A model generated the notes under the pieces. It was not told the origin of the DNA. It made no database searches and saw only the letters and a program-made list of their open reading frames with translations. 40,547 nucleotides of DNA from a virus (lineage: Duplodnaviria > Caudoviricetes). This document shows positions 1 to 6,759 of the stretch, piece by piece (the stretch's first letter is position 1; each line of letters starts with the position of its first letter). Made by a program: the position numbers and the translations under genes. The stretch is from positions 1 to 40,547 of the IMG/VR virus record IMGVR_UViG_3300004369_000042, one strand, 5' to 3'.

Positions 1-162
1 GTACAGACACATACAGACCAGGAACCAGGGACAACGGCCCAGGAATCGTGGTGACAGGGAGTGGGTTGAAATAAATAGATATTTAATCAAGGTGAGAGTG
101 GGTGCGAGAGTGCGTATATTTATAGCGTCTAAAACTATTTTAAAAATAATTTAAAAAAACTG

Positions 163-191
163 TTTACAAACCATTTTAAACATGCTATATT
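163..191 (+). promoter_or_regulatory. sigma70-type early promoter
   Basis: TTTACA (163-168), 17-bp spacer, TATATT (186-191) with extended -10 TG; AT-rich tract upstream; precedes the first ORFs. Confidence 0.7.
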
Positions 192-243
192 ATTAATAAT
201 CCCAATACAAATGTGTATCGGGCTTAATATAAAGGAGAATGAA

Positions 244-435
244 ATGGACGTAAATAACCAGTATGTGAAAGATGGATGCGATGAGTTACTGGATTGCATC
301 GAGGATAACTTAAATCGCTTAGTTGAATTATATTGGCGTTGTGATGACACTGACGACTGTATGGAAGCGGTTGTAGAATTTGATCGTCGCGTAAAACTTG
401 CACTGATCAAAAAATTAGTGGAAGGATTAGAGTGA
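244..435 (+). CDS. hypothetical early protein (acidic)
   Basis: ORF 211..435; start moved to ATG 244, which follows an AAAGGAG RBS. Confidence 0.7.
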   Translation: MDVNNQYVKDGCDELLDCIEDNLNRLVELYWRCDDTDDCMEAVVEFDRRVKLALIKKLVEGLE

Positions 436-638
436 TGATCCGTTTAATAAAGAAAACCGTGGGCATTATTGGTATGTTTGGCGGGTTGATAATGGTAATG
501 GGTAGTGCAAATGATTGCGATGGTAAATGTATGGAGTACGCGAATTCGATTGAAACCATGCTGCTCATATCATTAATTGGCTTTGTTTGTATGATCGGTG
601 GTTATCAACTATGGAAATCAGGAGAAAACAATGGATAA
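432..638 (+). CDS. small membrane protein with two hydrophobic segments
   Basis: Two hydrophobic stretches flank a CDGKC loop; overlaps the upstream stop. Confidence 0.7.
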   Translation: MMIRLIKKTVGIIGMFGGLIMVMGSANDCDGKCMEYANSIETMLLISLIGFVCMIGGYQLWKSGENNG

Positions 639-936
639 AATTATAAAAAATCGGGACAACACAACGGGTAAAATTATAAGGATTACGGATTATCAATATA
701 AGAAATCATGGAAAGCGGCGATCGATGTGGCTCATGACTGTCCGATCCACGATTTTCTAGAGTGGATTGAAAAATACGGTTTGGGCCATAGCTTGATTGA
801 ACTGGATGGACCAGGAGGCGGAAATCCGTGCTTTGAAATATATCACATAAATAGAAACGTGCTGAAAGCAGCATTAAGTGAACACCATCAGACACAAGCG
901 GGTGACCCATTTATCGATGACTCGATCTATCAATAA
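631..936 (+). CDS. hypothetical early protein
   Basis: ORF 598..936; ATG 631 follows AGGAG and overlaps the upstream stop (ATGGATAA). Confidence 0.7.
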   Translation: MDKIIKNRDNTTGKIIRITDYQYKKSWKAAIDVAHDCPIHDFLEWIEKYGLGHSLIELDGPGGGNPCFEIYHINRNVLKAALSEHHQTQAGDPFIDDSIYQ

Positions 937-961
937 CTAGATTTCAGCAGCCAGACGGTTT

Positions 962-993
962 AGGGATCAGGGGCAACCTTGATCCCTTTTTTT
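962..993 (+). terminator. Rho-independent terminator
   Basis: AGGGATCAGGG-GCAA-CCTTGATCCCT stem with GNRA loop, followed by a T run. Confidence 0.85.
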
Positions 994-1056
994 ATATTCA
1001 GGGTGTTGCTTATAAGAGAAAAAATAATTTTTTATATTTTTCCTTAGTCCCCCTGA

Positions 1057-1079
1057 CCAATAAATACAATATGCCAATA
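1057..1079 (+). repeat. 23-bp element CCAATAAATACAATATGCCAATA, copy 1
   Basis: Exact reverse complement of 40356-40378. Confidence 0.9.
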
Positions 1080-1148
1080 ACCTATTGCTATAGCATATAT
1101 CCCCGTGGTCCTTGGGTCATTGGCCATAAATCAGCTGCCAATAACATG

Positions 1149-1177
1149 TGTACATTGTCCGATAATTGTGGTAGAAT
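1149..1177 (+). promoter_or_regulatory. sigma70-type promoter
   Basis: TGTACA-N17-TAGAAT with extended -10 TG; followed by hairpin GCTGCCA-ATGG-TGGCAGC (1187-1204) and RBS AGAAAGGAGAA. Confidence 0.65.
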
Positions 1178-1221
1178 GGTCTCAATGCTGCCAATGGTGG
1201 CAGCCAGAAAGGAGAAAGCTT

Positions 1222-1431
1222 ATGCTAGTTAAAGACCTATTAGAGATCCTTGCGGACCATGATCCGAACAAGGAAGTGAAGATAGCAACCAATCGAGCTA
1301 ACCCGTATATGTCAAGTGTGCGAGGTATAGTAGAGCAGACTGGTTGTGTATTTGTATGCCAGGATTACGACAGTAAGTCAATGGACAGTGATCCATGGCA
1401 AGAACTTGACGGTCCATATCCATACAAGTAA
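1222..1431 (+). CDS. hypothetical protein
   Basis: ORF 1105..1431; ATG 1222 follows AGAAAGGAGAA; MLVKDLLEIL start is typical of small phage proteins. Confidence 0.75.
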   Translation: MLVKDLLEILADHDPNKEVKIATNRANPYMSSVRGIVEQTGCVFVCQDYDSKSMDSDPWQELDGPYPYK

Positions 1432-1445
1432 GAAAGGAGAATGAT

Positions 1446-1952
1446 ATGAATGAACGTTATGTAATGGCACAAGATGCCATCAAAGCAGGTATCGATGGCT
1501 TGAAGCAGAATAGCATGACTGAACTGAATGCTATCTTTTGCAACATCGTTAAATGCCCAACAGCGCCTAAATTCAGTGATAAGACGGCAGCAGCCAAACG
1601 TATCCTGAAGATGGCTGAAGAGGTAGTTAACAGTCAGCCGCGAGAGTCGATCCCTGTTGCTCCTGTTAAAAAAGCAGGTAGACCGAAGCAAGGTCCTCGT
1701 GAATATATGTTTCTATCCGGAACATCCGAGGAGCATGTTAAGGGTATTGCTAAACAGGCTCAAGTGATACATCAGAAAGCGGTCCATAATGAGTGGATCA
1801 TGGAAAGCACAGTACAGTCTATGGTTGAAGACCTTAAAGCCAGTGGCGTGCTGCAAACCAAGCAATCGTCCTGGCGTATCTTCCAGTACTATCGTGGTAC
1901 ACTCATCGGTCGCAACCTATTGCGTATGAGAAACGCTGAACAAAATGGATAA
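1446..1952 (+). CDS. hypothetical protein with putative C-terminal winged-helix-like domain
   Basis: Strong RBS; C-terminal part aligns by eye with ORF 3115..3342. Confidence 0.75.
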   Translation: MNERYVMAQDAIKAGIDGLKQNSMTELNAIFCNIVKCPTAPKFSDKTAAAKRILKMAEEVVNSQPRESIPVAPVKKAGRPKQGPREYMFLSGTSEEHVKGIAKQAQVIHQKAVHNEWIMESTVQSMVEDLKASGVLQTKQSSWRIFQYYRGTLIGRNLLRMRNAEQNG

Positions 1953-2067
1953 TGACGGCGACACGTTATGGTCATTATTGATCTTTATCGCCGTGCCAGC
2001 GGGTATACTATTTGTAGTGTACCTGTTGGCATTTTTGTTCATCAAAATATTTCCGTTTACATTCTGA
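1945..2067 (+). CDS. 40-aa single-pass membrane peptide (not in ORF track)
   Basis: MDNDGDTLWSLLIFIAVPAGILFVVYLLAFLFIKIFPFTF; ATGGATAA overlap with the upstream stop; fills the intergenic gap. Confidence 0.55.
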   Translation: MDNDGDTLWSLLIFIAVPAGILFVVYLLAFLFIKIFPFTF

Positions 2068-2091
2068 TATTGTCTGGGTTATAATATCAGA
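2056..2091 (+). promoter_or_regulatory. sigma70-type promoter overlapped by a 9-bp inverted repeat
   Basis: TTTACA (2056-2061)-N18-TATAAT (2080-2085); TCTGATATT (2063-2071) pairs with AATATCAGA (2083-2091). Confidence 0.65.
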
Positions 2092-2125
2092 GTGAAATTG
2101 ATCACAAGCCAGAAAGGAGAAAGTT

Positions 2126-3112
2126 ATGGCACATCAAGTAGAAACTATGGCATATGCAGGAGAGGTTCCTTGGCACGGTTTAGGTACCAAGGTCGAAGAT
2201 AATTTAACCCCGACTGAAATGCTCGAAGCTGCAGGTTTGGATTGGACAGTGTCCCGTCGTCCTGTATTTGTTCCACAAACCCCCGGGTATGACCATACCG
2301 AGGGCACTCTTACCACAATAGACTATGGCATGCTTGTTCGCGACAGCGACAATAAGATCCTAGGTCCGTGTGGCAAGAATTATTTACCTATTCAAAATGA
2401 AGAGGTCTTTGGCTTTTTCAACAAGTTTGTTGAAGCAGGCCACATGATTATGGGTACGGCTGGTAGCCTATCAGGCGGCAAGCAAGTATGGGGTCTCGCT
2501 AATATACGCGAGGGCTTTACATTGCCTGGCGGTGACGAGGTTCAAGGTCATTTGCTCATTAGTCACCCGCACGAATGGGGTAAATCACTCACTATTATGT
2601 TCACTCCTGTCCGTGTCGTGTGTAACAACACATTGACTATGGCTCTGGGTCAGCAAGGTGAGCGGTTCCGTATGCCTCATGTACGTGCATTTGATGCTGA
2701 TGTCCAGTTTGCTGCAGAGCAAGCATTAGGATTGGCTTCTACTCAGCTTGAACAGTTTGAGCAGCAGTCTCAATTCCTTGCTAGTAAGCAGTATAAAGAG
2801 TCTGATTTCGATCGATTCTTGGCACAGCTATTCCAACCAGTATTGTTTAATGAAACACCGGCCAATGACGATATTGACCGCACTCAGTTTAGTCGTACGT
2901 GTGAGACTGTTCATCAGTTAATGTATACGCAACCTGGTGCTAATATGTCCGAAGGGTCATGGTGGTCTGCTCTCAATGCTGTCACATATTATGCTGACCA
3001 CAAGGCTGGTCGTAATCGTGATGCTAGTCTCAATTCAGCATGGTTTGGTCCGCGTGCGGCACTTAAGCGTCGTGCGCTTCATCTTGCAACGGAGTATGCG
3101 GAGGCTGCTTAA
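2126..3112 (+). CDS. DUF932 family phage/plasmid protein
   Basis: MAHQVETMAYAGEVPWHGLG, AAGLDWTV and TPVRVVCNNTL motifs are characteristic of this family. Confidence 0.85.
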   Translation: MAHQVETMAYAGEVPWHGLGTKVEDNLTPTEMLEAAGLDWTVSRRPVFVPQTPGYDHTEGTLTTIDYGMLVRDSDNKILGPCGKNYLPIQNEEVFGFFNKFVEAGHMIMGTAGSLSGGKQVWGLANIREGFTLPGGDEVQGHLLISHPHEWGKSLTIMFTPVRVVCNNTLTMALGQQGERFRMPHVRAFDADVQFAAEQALGLASTQLEQFEQQSQFLASKQYKESDFDRFLAQLFQPVLFNETPANDDIDRTQFSRTCETVHQLMYTQPGANMSEGSWWSALNAVTYYADHKAGRNRDASLNSAWFGPRAALKRRALHLATEYAEAA

Positions 3113-3114
3113 TT

Positions 3115-3342
3115 ATGATGACTACTTTTACATTTGTAAAAGCAACTGGATCGGATGCTCTGGCCAAACAGGCCAGAGCTATCCTCAATATCGTTGAAGC
3201 TAAATCTGTAATTAGTAAGGATGACTTGCTAGATCAGATTGAGTTAGACGTGAAATCAAAACAAAAGGCCGAAAGGTTGCTGTCATACTATAAAGGACAG
3301 TTGATCTCTGAAGGCTATATGGAAGAGAGAAAACATGGCTAA
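3115..3342 (+). CDS. small putative winged-helix DNA-binding protein
   Basis: Paralogous to the C-terminus of 1446..1952 (AKQA...KQ...R...YY(K/R)GxLI). Confidence 0.65.
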   Translation: MMTTFTFVKATGSDALAKQARAILNIVEAKSVISKDDLLDQIELDVKSKQKAERLLSYYKGQLISEGYMEERKHG

Positions 3343-4177
3343 TGCACGTGGTAAAAAGGTGGATACTACCTATCTTAGTATTAATCAGGCAGAGGAGCGT
3401 GGTTTCCTACACAGGGACTATATTGCTCACTGTCTTCGTTGGTCTCATGTAGTCAAGTATCTTGGCACAAGCATGAGATATAAATCAGCTCGCGTCCTTG
3501 ACGTAGGCTGCGGCAAAGAGATGCCTCTTGCCAAGTTGCTGCATTCATCTCGTATGGGTACAGCATGGTATGGAGCCGTTGATATGGTTCCATTGGTCAC
3601 ACCAGACCAGTTCAAAAATGCATCATGGAAGCCACATAAACTATGGGGCAAGACTGATGTCTGCACTATCACCGAAGAAGAAATGGAAGCCAAGCCGAAC
3701 GTGATCGTCTGCTTTGAAGTAGCTGAACACGTCGAGCCTGACCATTGCCGTCGGATGCTGGCAAAGTTCTATGATTTGCTTGAAGATGACGGTCGTGTCT
3801 TCTTGTCTACACCTTGTTACGACGAACACGTTGGAGCGGCTGCCAATCATGTCAATGAGATGACTTATCAAGCTTTTGGGGCTACACTCGAGGATACAGG
3901 TTTTCGTGTCGAGGGTCATTGGGGTACCTTTGCTTCAATGAAAGACTATAAAGATGAACTCACTCCTGCGCAGCGAGAGGTTTGGGATCAGTTACGTGAC
4001 TATTATGACACAAACTACCTGTCAACTGTACTGGCACCATTGGTACCTCAACACAGTCGCAACGTTTTGTGGCAGCTTAAAAAAGGTCCACCATCTGAAA
4101 AGAGACTATTCCCTAATCTACGCGACGTTGAAGGTCGTTGGGGTTCATCTGAAGAATGGGAAAAGCTATGTCCTTAA
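3335..4177 (+). CDS. class I SAM-dependent methyltransferase
   Basis: VLDVGCG motif I, CFEVAEHV, FLSTP; no DNA-MTase catalytic motif (PC or DPPY type) recognised in the expected context. Confidence 0.85.
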   Translation: MANARGKKVDTTYLSINQAEERGFLHRDYIAHCLRWSHVVKYLGTSMRYKSARVLDVGCGKEMPLAKLLHSSRMGTAWYGAVDMVPLVTPDQFKNASWKPHKLWGKTDVCTITEEEMEAKPNVIVCFEVAEHVEPDHCRRMLAKFYDLLEDDGRVFLSTPCYDEHVGAAANHVNEMTYQAFGATLEDTGFRVEGHWGTFASMKDYKDELTPAQREVWDQLRDYYDTNYLSTVLAPLVPQHSRNVLWQLKKGPPSEKRLFPNLRDVEGRWGSSEEWEKLCP

Positions 4178-4575
4178 TGACAGACATTGCTGAATTTCAC
4201 GCTAAGTTCGGTCTTCAGTACGACGGTTCGCCGCGCGTGCTGGAGCCCGAGCTCCGTGGCTTTCGCATTAAATTCATGCAAGAAGAGCTCAATGAATATG
4301 CTGTGTCACAGACAAAAGCTGACGAGCTAGACGCTTTGGTTGATCTAGTTTATGTGGCTTTAGGTACAACATATATCCAGGGATTCGATTTTCAAGCTGC
4401 ATGGGACAGAGTTCATGCTGCAAACATGGCTAAAGTAAGAGCCGAGTCTGCTGACCAATCAAAACGAAGTTCAGCTTTTGACGTTGTCAAGCCTGAAGGC
4501 TGGGTTGCACCAGACTTAACAGACTTAGTAGGGGAGGAGCAACGCTCCTTGTTTGACAATGATCATAATTCTTGA
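4177..4575 (+). CDS. MazG-like all-alpha dNTP pyrophosphatase (putative dCTPase/dUTPase)
   Basis: EELNEY...DELDALVDLVYVALG...ANMAK; TAATG coupling with the upstream stop. Confidence 0.8.
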   Translation: MTDIAEFHAKFGLQYDGSPRVLEPELRGFRIKFMQEELNEYAVSQTKADELDALVDLVYVALGTTYIQGFDFQAAWDRVHAANMAKVRAESADQSKRSSAFDVVKPEGWVAPDLTDLVGEEQRSLFDNDHNS

Positions 4576-5455
4576 TGGTCCTGACGGTACAGGCAAAACC
4601 ACACTTGGACATGAAATCTGCAAACAAACTGGGGCAAAGTATCTGCATCTTACTTACAGATGGAAAGACAAAATCTTTGACTACCACACAGCAGCCATTA
4701 GGTGGGCAGCAAGACAAACATGCCCAGTTGTCATTGACAGGTGGTGGCCATCAGAAGCGGTCTATGCCAAAGCTTTTCGAGGCGGCAGTACATGGCCTTT
4801 GCAAGGACGTATGTGCGAAAGAGTAGCTAAAAAATTTGGCGTGGTCTACGTGTTCTGCCTTCCGGATGACGTACAGTCGGCAGTCGCAAACCACGCCGAG
4901 TTAAAGCAGCATAGGGAGGAAATGTATGATGACATTGCTGCAGTGGTTGATCTTTATCTTAAACTATGGCGTGGCGAAAGTACACACCAAGATAAAGGTC
5001 AATACATTGATCAACTAATTCGTACCGGTGGTATCAACGATCATAAAGATAAGATCTTGTATACCATTTCGGATTGGGGTCACGCTATGGATTTATTCAT
5101 TGAGCGTGTTGTAACAATGGCTGGCCTATGGCGTAGCTTGCAATTCCAACCAGCTTTACATTTTGATAATTGGAATATTACAGGTCATATTACTGAAGCT
5201 AGATATTTAATGGTATCTGATTCTAATCAGCATAAAAACCTGTGGCCTCATTATCAATATGACGAAGCAATAGAATTGACTGCCAAGCTGCATGAGCTTA
5301 ACTTACCAGAATCTTTGTTTATGTGGAACACTGTTGATGACGACCATTTTACAGACCTTATGTCTGCTAAAAACTTTGATCGTGTGCTGCATACAAAAGA
5401 CTTGCTCAAACCAGAAGCCGATTTAGTGGAGACATTTAAACATGTTATTCGATAA
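4559..5455 (+). CDS. dNMP (thymidylate-like) kinase with C-terminal extension
   Basis: IIILDGPDGTGKTT P-loop and VVIDRWW motif. Confidence 0.8.
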   Translation: MIIILDGPDGTGKTTLGHEICKQTGAKYLHLTYRWKDKIFDYHTAAIRWAARQTCPVVIDRWWPSEAVYAKAFRGGSTWPLQGRMCERVAKKFGVVYVFCLPDDVQSAVANHAELKQHREEMYDDIAAVVDLYLKLWRGESTHQDKGQYIDQLIRTGGINDHKDKILYTISDWGHAMDLFIERVVTMAGLWRSLQFQPALHFDNWNITGHITEARYLMVSDSNQHKNLWPHYQYDEAIELTAKLHELNLPESLFMWNTVDDDHFTDLMSAKNFDRVLHTKDLLKPEADLVETFKHVIR

Positions 5456-6209
5456 CACAATCAACAATGAATGGCTAAAAGCCATCAAATGGGTCAGGGA
5501 TTATGGCAGCATTACTAAACCACGCGGCAAAAAGATACGTGAAATAGTAGGCTTACAAACCAAAGTTGATATGGCAGATCCAATCTTATCTGTACCAGAA
5601 CGTGCCCTTGGTTATAAATTTATGGCAGCAGAAGCTGCATGGATATTATCTGGTGACAATCGTGTATCAACGATTGCGCCATTTAGTAAAGTTATATCCC
5701 AGTTTAGTGATGATGGTATTACTTATCACGGTGCTTATGGGCCCAAGATACGTGATCAGTTACACTATGCTGCTGATAATTTGGCAAAAGATCCTGATTC
5801 AAGACAAGCTGTAATCAATATATGGCGTGAGAACCCTCGCAACAGTCGAGATATTCCATGCACATTATCAGTTCAATTCCTAATACGGAATGAAGAGCTA
5901 CATGTCATTGATACTATGCGTAGCTCAGATCTATGGCTTGGTTGGCCATATGACATTTTTAATTTCAGTATGCTTGCTCGATACTTGATCTTGTATGCTG
6001 ATTTAGATATTGGTCTCGGCAAGATTTATCTTAATGCAGGATCAGCTCATATTTATAAGCCACAGTGGGAAGCTTGCGATGACATTACAGAGCTATATCC
6101 TAGTGGGATTAAAAACACGCGTAGTCCTTTAGAGTTTAAGCATAAGGACTGTGATGCACTTGTGGACGCTTTGTGGGAGGCAGCTCATGACGAAACATTC
6201 GCGCCCTAG
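5442..6209 (+). CDS. thymidylate synthase family enzyme, predicted dCMP methylase/hydroxymethylase
   Basis: DSRQAVINIW, DIPCT (Cys140), MRSSDLWLGWPYD (Asp171 at the E. coli Asn177 position), GSAHIY. Confidence 0.85.
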   Translation: MLFDNTINNEWLKAIKWVRDYGSITKPRGKKIREIVGLQTKVDMADPILSVPERALGYKFMAAEAAWILSGDNRVSTIAPFSKVISQFSDDGITYHGAYGPKIRDQLHYAADNLAKDPDSRQAVINIWRENPRNSRDIPCTLSVQFLIRNEELHVIDTMRSSDLWLGWPYDIFNFSMLARYLILYADLDIGLGKIYLNAGSAHIYKPQWEACDDITELYPSGIKNTRSPLEFKHKDCDALVDALWEAAHDETFAP

Positions 6210-6759
6210 TGTTGATGATTATTTTTTGTCTATGGCAGAGCTTGTTGCAACTCGCAGTACGTGCTGCCGCCGCAATGTTGGCTGTATTTTGGTGGATAGT
6301 CGTAACCATGTATTGGCTACTGGTTACAACGGTGTGGCTGCTGGCGTGGCCCATTGTATTGACACTCCTTGCCCTGGGGCTAACTTGCCTAGTGGTACTG
6401 GACTCGATAAATGCGAAGCCATACACGCAGAACAAAATGCTATTCTTCAATGTAAAGATGTGGCGGCTATTAAAACGGCGTATATCACGACAAGTCCGTG
6501 CCATACGTGTACGAAACTCTTGATGAATACAGGTTGTAAACGTATTGTGTTTATCAAAGCTTATACGGATGAAAGTCCTAAAAAATTATGGAAAGGAGAA
6601 TGGATAGAACATGGCACAAATGAGTATGTTCCTACCGAAAGCAGACTGGAGACCTCCAAAAGAGTTACCAGATCTAAGCGCGGCAAAGATAATCAGTCTA
6701 GACGTCGAAACTTCGGATCCGCACTTATTAACTTCTGGTCCCGGAGGGGTTCGACATGA
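6187..6759 (+). CDS. dCMP deaminase family protein
   Basis: RSTC, ATGYNG, HAEQNA and SPCHTC zinc motifs; start 6187 follows GGGAGG. Confidence 0.9.
   Translation: MTKHSRPSVDDYFLSMAELVATRSTCCRRNVGCILVDSRNHVLATGYNGVAAGVAHCIDTPCPGANLPSGTGLDKCEAIHAEQNAILQCKDVAAIKTAYITTSPCHTCTKLLMNTGCKRIVFIKAYTDESPKKLWKGEWIEHGTNEYVPTESRLETSKRVTRSKRGKDNQSRRRNFGSALINFWSRRGST

Noticed and set aside
5442-6209. Calling the TS homologue an ordinary ThyA or a dUMP hydroxymethylase
   Set aside because: Asp rather than Asn at the specificity position, and no 5hmU DNA kinase or related hypermodification genes seen; dUMP use is not excluded without an assay.
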